DNA of 14,787 bases from the IMG/VR virus record IMGVR_UViG_3300027782_000022, one strand, 5' to 3'. Position 1 is the stretch's first letter. The number at the start of each line of letters is the position of its first letter. The position numbers were made by a program, and so were the translations under genes. Below the pieces are notes generated by a model. The model did no database searches. It was not told the DNA's origin and was given only the letters and a program-made list of their open reading frames with translations. Of this stretch, positions 4,438-12,098 are shown one piece after another. The DNA comes from a virus.

Positions 4438-5483
4438 TACACGGCCACCCTAATAATTACGATTCCGGAACCTGAGTTTAGACCACTACCACTGCCGTTG
4501 CCGGAATTGGCCGCTCCGGCTCCAGAGCCTCCCGAGGCTCCATTGGAAAAGGTGTAAGAGCCTGCCGTGTAACTCGTGGTCGGCGTGGAGCCTGCAATTG
4601 ACGAGGCTTTGCCCGCGGTACTGACGTAAGCAAGGCCAGAAGCCGCGCTACCTGCGCCGCCGCCGTTGTTACCACTGCCATTTGTTCCTTGGTAAAGAAC
4701 GCCTGCACCGGCAGCACCGCCGCCCTGGCCGCCGCCCGAACCGCCACGAATTGCGTAAGTGTTCGCCGGGCCGCCGCCGGTAGCCGAAAGCCCTGTGAGA
4801 GTGATTGCCGAATCATTGCCGGTACCTTGTGGGCCTGCCCCCGCTCCAACGGTAACGGTGTAAGTACCCGCGGCCAGGTAAAGGCGAATGCCGCCCGATT
4901 GCGTCGAGTCAATCATTCCGCCTGCACCACCACCACCGCCGCCTGCACCACCACCGCCGCCGGCCACGATTAGGTAATCCGCAAAGCCCGCCCGGTCAAT
5001 GACTAGCGAACCGTTCCCGGTAAACGTCACGTACTTGTATCCGGTGTAGGTGCCGGTGGCGGTATTCGTAAAGTTTGCGCCGCTAGCACCCGAGGAAAAA
5101 GGGAGGCACCACCACACCGCGGCGGCCGAGTCATAAGTGAGACTGACGCCCGAGTATTGTGAACTAATCGAGTTTACGGTTCCCGTGACTGTGCCACCTG
5201 TAAAGGTAACCGCGCCGGTGTTAACCGAAAATACGTTGAGACGCATTCCATTAACTAGGCTGCTCGAGGGCAACGTAATAACTGTCGCACTTGCCGAGTT
5301 CATCACGATAGTCGTTCCGGCAAGAATGTCAGCCACTGTGACGGTGTAACTGGCAGTCTTCTTGGACATCGAGCCCGAGGCAACTACGTCGACTCGGTTG
5401 GCGAGGGCCAGGGAGGCCGTCGGGTAATTGGCTACGAGATCCGTCGAGGTGACGTAGGTCGTGCCTCCTGTAGTGGTTGCCAT
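4437..5483 (-). CDS. Minor tail protein / fibre with a glycine-rich domain (348 aa). Likely receptor-binding component.
   Basis: LIVAGGGGGAGGGGGGAGG...YTVTVGAGAG...GGSGGGQGGGAAGAG...GSGIVIIRV is typical of glycine-rich tail-fibre domains. A perfect AGGAGG SD lies upstream. Its position is after the Dit-like gene. Confidence 0.85.
   Translation of the reverse strand: MATTTGGTTYVTSTDLVANYPTASLALANRVDVVASGSMSKKTASYTVTVADILAGTTIVMNSASATVITLPSSSLVNGMRLNVFSVNTGAVTFTGGTVTGTVNSISSQYSGVSLTYDSAAAVWWCLPFSSGASGANFTNTATGTYTGYKYVTFTGNGSLVIDRAGFADYLIVAGGGGGAGGGGGGAGGMIDSTQSGGIRLYLAAGTYTVTVGAGAGPQGTGNDSAITLTGLSATGGGPANTYAIRGGSGGGQGGGAAGAGVLYQGTNGSGNNGGGAGSAASGLAYVSTAGKASSIAGSTPTTSYTAGSYTFSNGASGGSGAGAANSGNGSGSGLNSGSGIVIIRVAV
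4921..4962. repeat. Tandem 21-bp duplication (20/21 identical) inside the glycine-rich fibre gene.
   Basis: The units are CCTGCACCACCACCACCGCCG and CCTGCACCACCACCGCCGCCG, back to back and in frame. They encode the poly-Gly/Ala run AGGGGGAGGGGGGAGG. Confidence 0.85.
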
Positions 5484-5493
5484 GCTTTGCCTC

Positions 5494-6711
5494 CTAGGCT
5501 GCTAGTAGATCGTCAGTTGTAACTACGTTGTACCAGATCACCTCGGTGTTGACGTTGCCCCATTGTAGCGTTGCCGACACCTCGCCCCATGTAGCGGTTT
5601 GGTAGGAATATCTGGGGTCTGAAATGGACAGCGTGAGGATGTGCTGCCCAGGTGTATATGTTTCGGACCAGCCTTCGACAATGCCGAGAAATTGGCTGAA
5701 TGGGGCTGGTTCGGGTAGATCATTCACGACGACCGCCGAGCCCGAAATGAGGTTAAGCACCAAATTGCGGTCGGGTTCTGTCAGTTCATCTACCAGGATC
5801 GAGATATTGCCCAGATTCCATAATGGGTAAGCCTGCGCTAGCAGGATTTCATTGACTCGGGTGATCGCGTCAGCATTTGCTTTGAGGCCTGTTTCTAGGG
5901 TTAAGGCTCGACGGCCATACGTGGCGATTGAGGTCGCATCTGTCGCTTGGTGATATGACGGATTGCTGCCGTGGCTGACCGTGGCATCGTTAATGATGCT
6001 TACCTGGTTTTTGTTCCAGGAGGGGGTAAATACGACCCCGTCGCCAGGAAGCATCGTGCCGGCGTAACTGGTCGGGAATGAGTCCCATGTTTGCTGGTAT
6101 TCGTCCCAGGGATTGATCAGCGCAGACCATGCTCCAGCGAAAGCCGTGGCCCCGCGGGAACCGTAGGACTCGAAAACGATGTATCCGTTAGGCGTGTCGA
6201 AATAGGTGCCACCAGACCATTCTGCGAGCGCCTGTAGCCCATCAAGGCAGGTTTGGGGCTGAGCGTTACCTGCAGATATTGCGTAGAGCTCGAGACTCGA
6301 GGTTCCACCGTTTAGATAGGTCTCTCCTGAGTCGGTGAGGATTTCCTCGGCGCGTGCGTACACGGTTTCGGAGGCGTAGCCCGAGGCTCCCGTGATCCGG
6401 CTTCCCAAATTCGACAGATTCCCGATGGCGGTGATCGTTGTCAGGGCCACCGCTGGCACGCTCGATAGGTGAGTGATTTGGATATCCGAAACCTCACCCG
6501 TGAATCGGGTGGTATCCCAGGCATTGATGTCCATGACGTCGGAAAGGTTGACGTCGAGGCCTGCCGAGCCTCGGATCACGATGACAGCGGTTGAGGCCTC
6601 GGGCTGCGACTTAATGTCATTGCGTCCGTGCGTGACGCTGACCTGATATTCGACGTCATCGAGGTCGAGGGTCACGCCCCCAATAATGATGTGGCTTATA
6701 GGGCTGGTCAT
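5494..6711 (-). CDS. Minor tail protein, distal tail (Dit)-like (405 aa).
   Basis: It lies immediately downstream of, and is coupled to (ATGA), the tape measure gene. The beta-rich N-terminus is typical of siphovirus tail-tip proteins. The call rests mainly on position. Confidence 0.75.
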   Translation of the reverse strand: MTSPISHIIIGGVTLDLDDVEYQVSVTHGRNDIKSQPEASTAVIVIRGSAGLDVNLSDVMDINAWDTTRFTGEVSDIQITHLSSVPAVALTTITAIGNLSNLGSRITGASGYASETVYARAEEILTDSGETYLNGGTSSLELYAISAGNAQPQTCLDGLQALAEWSGGTYFDTPNGYIVFESYGSRGATAFAGAWSALINPWDEYQQTWDSFPTSYAGTMLPGDGVVFTPSWNKNQVSIINDATVSHGSNPSYHQATDATSIATYGRRALTLETGLKANADAITRVNEILLAQAYPLWNLGNISILVDELTEPDRNLVLNLISGSAVVVNDLPEPAPFSQFLGIVEGWSETYTPGQHILTLSISDPRYSYQTATWGEVSATLQWGNVNTEVIWYNVVTTDDLLAA

Positions 6712-8618
6712 GCGTTAAGCACCTGGCCCGTGCGACCGAGCCTCTGGTCGGATTGCTGGATCGCGTTCTGGATTGCCTGCATGATCGCGGTTCCGTTGAG
6801 GAACGGACTGCCTGCGATGAGGTTCGCCTGTGATGCCGCCTGCGCGGTCGTTCCAGCCGTTCCCGCCATGATCGAGGTCGCTCCGCCTTGGGCCACGCCA
6901 GCAGCTGCAAGGGCCGCCCGGATCTCTGCCACCATGGCGTCCGATAGCGTCTTGCCCATCTTGCGGCCCATCTCCTCCAGGAGACTGGTCGACTCGTCAA
7001 GTTCGGCCTGCATGGTCATTAGGTATCCGGCGGCTGATTGCACACCAGCGACCAGCATCGGCGGGACCATCTCGGCGGCTGTGGTCTCGGCCATGTGCTG
7101 AACGTCGACCAACTTCGATTGCATGGTCGGGATAAGGCCCTGATCAATGATTTCCTTGGCCAGTTTGTTTCCGGCCTCGGGGCCGAGGGCGGCCACGGCA
7201 TCCCGGAGTTCCGGGCCGCCCTCGGAGTTCAGCTGCTTCAGGTAATTGCCGAATATGCCAGCCTGTTCGATCTGCTTATTGAAGCCGTCGAGCAGACTCT
7301 GCCCGGTGCGCTTACCTTCAGCATCGAATTGCTGGATGGTTCCAAGATCGATTCCAGAGAGGATGTTTTGGGCCATCCCTGAGATCCAGTTATTCATTTC
7401 CCTGCGTGCGGATTCTAGGGCCGATCCTGCGTCCTTGACCTTGGACGTCAGTTCCTTTACTAGATCGATCTGAACGCGTAGGCGCGGGTTCATAACCTCG
7501 GTGGCCTTGGAGGCTCCGCCTGTGGCTTTCGACAGGCTCGATGTGGCTTTCTGTGCGGTTTCGGCGGCTGCGGCGACATCCTTCATCGATGCCGTCGCTC
7601 GGGCCATCGCCCCGCCCGTGCCAAAGGCAGTAACGCCGCCACTGGTACCACCAGGGTTCAGGGCCTTATTTACACCCGCGAGGCTGCTAATGAGTTGGCC
7701 AATGGGGTTTAGGGCATCGATTGCGGCGTTGCCGATTAGCTCGAAAGCGGGGCCGCCATAACTGAGGATGCCCTGCAGTAATTCGTTGCCTTTATCGGCG
7801 AGGCTTTTAGCGCCGAAAGCGGCGTCGAGCAGATTGCCTGCAAGGATTCCGGCTTTCTTTCCGAGATCTTCCGTTTGGGGCTGAAGATCCCGCATACGTA
7901 CTGACAGATTGCCAAGGCCGCCGCCTGTGCTGGTAAAACCTTCGATGAGACCTTTACCGAGTGATTCCTTGAGTTCATCGAAAGCAATGCCAAGAATCTT
8001 GATTTGGCCTTGCAGGGTTTCTGCTTGGGCTGCGGCTTGGCCTCCGAAGGTTCCCGAGAGTTGGGCAACTGCGGCGTCAAGGTCTTTGTTTTTGATGATC
8101 GAGGCGTCGATGCCTGCGTTGAGTTTTCCTAGGGCTCCGAAGTTTCCGTCGTATGCTTTTCCTAGCGCGTTGGCTACTGATTCCAGACTTTTATTTGCGC
8201 CTATTGAGGTGTCGACAGCAAGGTTAAGCAGATTTTGGGCCTTGGCCACATTTCCGGTCGAGACCAGGAGGCGCTCGAAGGCTGGGCGCAATTCGCTATC
8301 CGTGACGCCTGTAGCGAATTGAAGGTCGTCGACGAAGGTGTTGACTTGCTCGGATGCCCAGCCAAAACCGAGGTTATCGAGCGTGGTGTTGAGTTTGGTC
8401 AGTTCGGCTTCCTCGGCCATTGCCGCCTGTACGCCATCCACGGCCAGCGCTACAGCAAACGCTCCAGCTGCGGCAGTTGCACCGATAAGGGCGGGGCCGA
8501 TCATGCTGGTTAGTTTGTTGCCGAATCCTGAAAGGCCAGTTTCAGCCTGGGCAAGTCCTGACCGGAGTTTGGAGACATCTGCGGCCAGATAGACGGTTAG
8601 AGTCTTGCCGATAGCCAT
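6708..8618 (-). CDS. Tape measure protein (about 636 aa; 641 aa if the upstream ATG at 8633 is used).
   Basis: It is the longest ORF, rich in Ala/Gly/Leu/Gln and helical in character, and sits between the chaperone region and the tail-tip genes. I prefer the ATG at 8618 (MAIGKTL...). That start has a GGAG 9 nt upstream and a TAATG overlap with the preceding gene. The 8633 ATG has no SD. Confidence 0.9.
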   Translation of the reverse strand: MAIGKTLTVYLAADVSKLRSGLAQAETGLSGFGNKLTSMIGPALIGATAAAGAFAVALAVDGVQAAMAEEAELTKLNTTLDNLGFGWASEQVNTFVDDLQFATGVTDSELRPAFERLLVSTGNVAKAQNLLNLAVDTSIGANKSLESVANALGKAYDGNFGALGKLNAGIDASIIKNKDLDAAVAQLSGTFGGQAAAQAETLQGQIKILGIAFDELKESLGKGLIEGFTSTGGGLGNLSVRMRDLQPQTEDLGKKAGILAGNLLDAAFGAKSLADKGNELLQGILSYGGPAFELIGNAAIDALNPIGQLISSLAGVNKALNPGGTSGGVTAFGTGGAMARATASMKDVAAAAETAQKATSSLSKATGGASKATEVMNPRLRVQIDLVKELTSKVKDAGSALESARREMNNWISGMAQNILSGIDLGTIQQFDAEGKRTGQSLLDGFNKQIEQAGIFGNYLKQLNSEGGPELRDAVAALGPEAGNKLAKEIIDQGLIPTMQSKLVDVQHMAETTAAEMVPPMLVAGVQSAAGYLMTMQAELDESTSLLEEMGRKMGKTLSDAMVAEIRAALAAAGVAQGGATSIMAGTAGTTAQAASQANLIAGSPFLNGTAIMQAIQNAIQQSDQRLGRTGQVLNA

Positions 8619-9076
8619 TACAGGTAACTCCATTTCAGGACGATTCGATCAACAGCCTTTGCCCATTCCTCCATGGCTCCGCCTTGGTATTGCCGGACGT
8701 TTTCCATCCAGTTAGTACCTTCGCCGAAAGCCTCGGGGGCTCGCTTTTGAGCGCCAGCGCGGCCTCGATTGCCCTTATCCGTGAGGTATCGGACCATTGT
8801 GGGAGATGCGCCGCCCGAAAACTTCTTTCGGGCTCCGCCAATGTTGACGGCTGGTACACGGTCGCGCTTTATCTTGACGGAATCGGCTATGACCTGACCC
8901 CATGGTCCGGCGTAGTTATTGGCGGCTTGTCGCCATGCTGGGGCCATGTGCTTATCTGCCACGGCTTGCGAGGCATCTCGTAATTCAGCTGAAGCCTCTT
9001 TGGGTAGTTTGCGGAAAGCCCGGAGAACGTCATTTAGGCCATCGACGTAGGTGTCAAACACTTTGGCTGTCGCCAT
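8618..9076 (-). CDS. HK97-gp10-like head-tail/neck component (152 aa) in an unusual position. The function is tentative.
   Basis: DGLNDVLRAFRKLPKEASAELRDASQAVADKHMAPAWRQAA...VNIGGARK... resembles the HK97 gp10 family layout as I remember it. A strong SD, GTGGAGGTGttgagcaATG, lies upstream. Confidence 0.5.
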   Translation of the reverse strand: MATAKVFDTYVDGLNDVLRAFRKLPKEASAELRDASQAVADKHMAPAWRQAANNYAGPWGQVIADSVKIKRDRVPAVNIGGARKKFSGGASPTMVRYLTDKGNRGRAGAQKRAPEAFGEGTNWMENVRQYQGGAMEEWAKAVDRIVLKWSYL

Positions 9077-9166
9077 TGCTCAACACCTCCACGATGGTTG
9101 CTAGTTGCCTGGGATCGTAGGCCGCGACTTCCTCGATCGGCCTGCCGATTCTTACGGCGACTTGGA

Positions 9167-9445
9167 TTATGAATCTCCGGACTGATCCGGCTGGGTAGGG
9201 TCCGGCGTCTCGGCGTCCTCTGCCCAAACGGCCTTTTCCTTTGCCCAGGCCTTTACCTGTGCCAGCGTTACAGGCGATTCCCCGGTCGAGTGAATGTAGG
9301 CGCAGATCAAGCGGATTCCCATGGTTCCCGGCTTGCGCTTTGCCTTGTCGTACAGTTCCTCGGCCTCCATGAGATCCGCCGAGCAGATCTGGTAGGTAAT
9401 GGCCTCGGGGCTGTCCGAGGTGGTGACGGTAATGCTTGGATACAT
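9167..9445 (-). CDS. Tail assembly chaperone (G-like, 92 aa).
   Basis: It is a small acidic protein directly after the major tail gene and before the tape measure region. The SD is cGGGGAAAcgtcATG. The call rests on position. Confidence 0.6.
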   Translation of the reverse strand: MYPSITVTTSDSPEAITYQICSADLMEAEELYDKAKRKPGTMGIRLICAYIHSTGESPVTLAQVKAWAKEKAVWAEDAETPDPTQPDQSGDS

Positions 9446-9469
9446 GACGTTTCCCCGTTCTCTAGTTGG

Positions 9470-9847
9470 TTATGCGAAGGTTACAGTGCCCTGTGCCGAA
9501 ACGGTGCAGGATGCCACGCCAGCGGCGTCAAAGGTGACGTCTGCTGAGTCAATCCACATTGCGGTGCTTGTCCACTTGCCCACAGCAGACTCGACCTCCA
9601 TGGCGACGGAGGTTCCAGCTGCAATGGCGGTCTGGAGTGCGTCGTAAAGGCCCGTATTCTCGTCGTAGAGGAAATCGAGCGAGATAGACGAGTTGAGATC
9701 GGTCTGGTTGAACGCAACATCCGAGAGGGTCTTGGTGCGGATAATCGTGGGGGTCGTGGTGACCGTTCCGGTCGTGATCTGATCTTCGTACTGGACTGCG
9801 CCGACCTTGACGGTGAACGCGGCACCAGCCACGGAAACAACTGCCAT
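9470..9847 (-). CDS. Major tail protein (125 aa).
   Basis: It sits between the connector genes and the chaperone. An AAGGAG SD lies upstream, and the sequence is beta-rich and Thr/Val/Ala-rich. It is small for a major tail protein. Confidence 0.65.
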   Translation of the reverse strand: MAVVSVAGAAFTVKVGAVQYEDQITTGTVTTTPTIIRTKTLSDVAFNQTDLNSSISLDFLYDENTGLYDALQTAIAAGTSVAMEVESAVGKWTSTAMWIDSADVTFDAAGVASCTVSAQGTVTFA

Positions 9848-9851
9848 TTTG

Positions 9852-10223
9852 TTACTCCTTCATTGAGACGGAGACGTTTATCTCCGTGGTGTAGACGGTG
9901 CCTTGCGCTCCCACATCATTTAGCTGCGGGGGGTTTACGACATCCCACGAGAATCCTGCAGGGATGAGAGGTAGGAGGAGGTCGATAGCGTTTTCGACGT
10001 CCAGGGTTGCTGCCTCATTGTTGCGGGGGCTGATAACGATTAGGACACGCCAGCGAACCCGGTAGCCGAGGGCTGTTCCGCGCTCATGCGTGATCCAGGG
10101 GGAATCGGGGATGATTACGACCGCTGGGGGCCGAGGTACAGCGGGAACTGTCGTATAGACCTGAAGGCCCTGCCCGGTAAATGCTGCGACAAGGGCCTCT
10201 CGTGAGTCCGTGGTCAGCGCCAT
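9852..10223 (-). CDS. Head-tail joining protein, tail terminator/completion-like (123 aa).
   Basis: The call rests on position and on the pattern ...VYTTVPAVPRPPAVVIIPDS..., reminiscent of DUF3168/gpU-type proteins. TAATG coupling to the upstream gene. Confidence 0.5.
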   Translation of the reverse strand: MALTTDSREALVAAFTGQGLQVYTTVPAVPRPPAVVIIPDSPWITHERGTALGYRVRWRVLIVISPRNNEAATLDVENAIDLLLPLIPAGFSWDVVNPPQLNDVGAQGTVYTTEINVSVSMKE

Positions 10224-10549
10224 TAGCCGATCATTCCCCGGACATCCATATACGGCCCCAGGAGGGCCATAACGCGACGGGTCATCCAGACCGATAGCCG
10301 GTAGGGGCCAGGGCTGAAATCGGTCGCCACGGCCTGCCCACCTGCGGCGGTGCGTGCCTGGTAGATCTCGACCGCTACTGAGAGGGCGGCTTCCTTACAT
10401 GCCGGGGGCTCGAGTTCGTAGGCCCCGTCCGTGAGTAGGGACGCGACGATATCGTCGGCAGCAGCTGCTACCTGATCGTAAGGCTCCTGGGGCGGGTCAT
10501 AGTCGAGGTCCAGCGCTGTCGCCAGTTCCTCACCCGTCACGAGTGCCAT
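10223..10549 (-). CDS. Head-tail adaptor/connector (gp6-like, 108 aa).
   Basis: It is the first gene after the capsid gene. The N-terminus LVTGEELATALDLDYD...AAAADDIVASLLT fits the gp6-like connector pattern. Confidence 0.65.
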   Translation of the reverse strand: MALVTGEELATALDLDYDPPQEPYDQVAAAADDIVASLLTDGAYELEPPACKEAALSVAVEIYQARTAAGGQAVATDFSPGPYRLSVWMTRRVMALLGPYMDVRGMIG

Positions 10550-10577
10550 ATCGTCGCGTCCCTTATCTCAGCGGTAA

Positions 10578-12098
10578 TTAGTCTTCGAGGCTGATGATGC
10601 CAGCGCCGGAGATGATCTGCGAGGCGCCGTAGCCATAGACCGCAACGTCGCGGCCCAACTGTGCGACGTTCTCGACGGTGGCGAGACGGGGGCCGTCTTC
10701 GATCCACTTGGCTGCCTCGCGGTTGGAGACGATTGCAGCATTGCCGCCCAGGTTGCGGTCGAGGATGACCGGGAGACCTGAGACGCTAACGGCGAGAGTG
10801 TTTGCGCTTGCCGTACCCGACACGTTGTAGGTGCCGTAGTTGGACGGGAAGAACGTGCTCCAGCCGCCGATCTTGATGAACACTGCCGGGGAGACCAGGA
10901 CGAATTCGGCCGGCATTCCGGTCGCGGTCTGGCACTCGACGGATGCTGCGAACACTGCCTCGCGGAAGGCCGAGCCATCCGTGTCGGCTGTGATGTCGTA
11001 GGTGAGCGGGGTGCGCGCACCGTAGACGGCTGCGATGAACGCGATGTCCGTAACCTGAACGTACGAGTTCAGCATGATGCGGGTGTGTGCATCGACGTAG
11101 GACGGGGTGGAGCGCTGAAGCAGCTGGTAGGAGATGTCCGAGCCAGCGGCGTAGGTCTTCAGCGTTGCGGTGCCCTTGAGAAGGTCGATGCGAACCGAGT
11201 TAACCTCGTCCTTTTCGTCGATTTGCTCGGCCACAATCTCGGTCAAATCGCCTGACCAGTAAGGCCAGTTAAAGACGGTGCCCGAGGTGCCAGCTGACTC
11301 CGTGCCGAATGCGGTGATGGTCGGGCGACCTAGGTCGAAGATGCCGCGAACGATGCTCGACCAGTTCGGGGGCAGGACGCCTGGGTTATTGTCTGTGATC
11401 TGATCGACCAGGGCGCGTGCCTCGATCTCGCCGTTCAGAACTGCAAGGCGGTACTCGCCAAAGCTGCGGTACTGGGCGAGTTCGTGCACCTGGGGGGCTG
11501 CGGCGTATGAGCGTGCCTCGATCTGAGCAACCTGCTCACGAACGGTGGCAATGGCCTCACGTGCCTGGATGTCGGCGGTGACCGCAGGAGCGGTTTCCAC
11601 CTCTACGGTTTCGACTGACATTTCTTCCTCTCGGATTGCTGTTACACCGGCCGTGGGATATGCCGGCATATGGGTTATTGACGTCTCCATGAGAGAGGCC
11701 GCCATGTGCTGGACCGCAGTCTTTGCCCGGTTCCAGACAGATTTGGTCGGCATGAAACCGACAGAAAGGCCCTTTGCGGAGCCTGTGCGGATGAGGGTCG
11801 CGGCGTCGCGGCCCTGCACTGTGTTGGCGATATTAAAGTCGATGTAAAGCCCGTCTGGCTTATTCTCAGCTGCGGTAATAACGCCGATGGGCTCATTGTG
11901 GCGGTAGGCGATGGGCTTGCCGATAACGTCCTCGGGCTGGAAAGCGTTAGCGCCGAAAGATTCACGCACATTGCCGATGTTTGTTTCGACTCCGTAGGGG
12001 ACGGCGCGACCGTAGCCCTGTCCGGCGATGTCGGGGTTTGCGCTGTCCTCGCGCATTTCGACAATGAAATCGGCTGAAAACTCTGTGGTCTGCATCAT
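10578..12098 (-). CDS. Fusion polyprotein: HK97-family prohead serine protease (S78) - short acidic/coiled linker - HK97-fold major capsid protein (506 aa).
   Basis: N-terminal protease motifs are IAYRHNEPIG, GLSVGF and METSITHMPAYP. The linker is REEEMSVETVEVETAPAVTADIQAREAIATVREQVAQIEARS. The C-terminal ~300 aa is typical of HK97-like capsid proteins (...LPPNWSSIVRGIFDLGRPTITAFGTE...). ATGA coupling to the portal gene. Confidence 0.9.
   Translation of the reverse strand: MMQTTEFSADFIVEMREDSANPDIAGQGYGRAVPYGVETNIGNVRESFGANAFQPEDVIGKPIAYRHNEPIGVITAAENKPDGLYIDFNIANTVQGRDAATLIRTGSAKGLSVGFMPTKSVWNRAKTAVQHMAASLMETSITHMPAYPTAGVTAIREEEMSVETVEVETAPAVTADIQAREAIATVREQVAQIEARSYAAAPQVHELAQYRSFGEYRLAVLNGEIEARALVDQITDNNPGVLPPNWSSIVRGIFDLGRPTITAFGTESAGTSGTVFNWPYWSGDLTEIVAEQIDEKDEVNSVRIDLLKGTATLKTYAAGSDISYQLLQRSTPSYVDAHTRIMLNSYVQVTDIAFIAAVYGARTPLTYDITADTDGSAFREAVFAASVECQTATGMPAEFVLVSPAVFIKIGGWSTFFPSNYGTYNVSGTASANTLAVSVSGLPVILDRNLGGNAAIVSNREAAKWIEDGPRLATVENVAQLGRDVAVYGYGASQIISGAGIISLED

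Noticed and set aside
4437-5483. Collagen-like triple-helix repeat in the glycine-rich fibre.
   Set aside because: The glycines occur as runs (GGGGG, GSGG), not as a sustained G-X-Y periodicity. The pattern fits the glycine-rich tail-fibre domain type instead.
9077-9169. Stop-codon read-through joining the chaperone to the in-frame 152-aa ORF.
   Set aside because: Two in-frame TAA codons (9167..9169 and 9152..9154) and a later TAG separate them, and the downstream ORF has its own strong SD.
10568-12064. Alternative-frame minus-strand ORFs inside the capsid gene (10568..11020 and 11675..12064), and similar ones inside the fibre, tape measure, portal and terminase genes.
   Set aside because: They are out-of-frame overlaps with strongly supported structural genes. 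Their Ser/Pro/Arg/Ala-rich composition is characteristic of off-frame translation in high-GC DNA.
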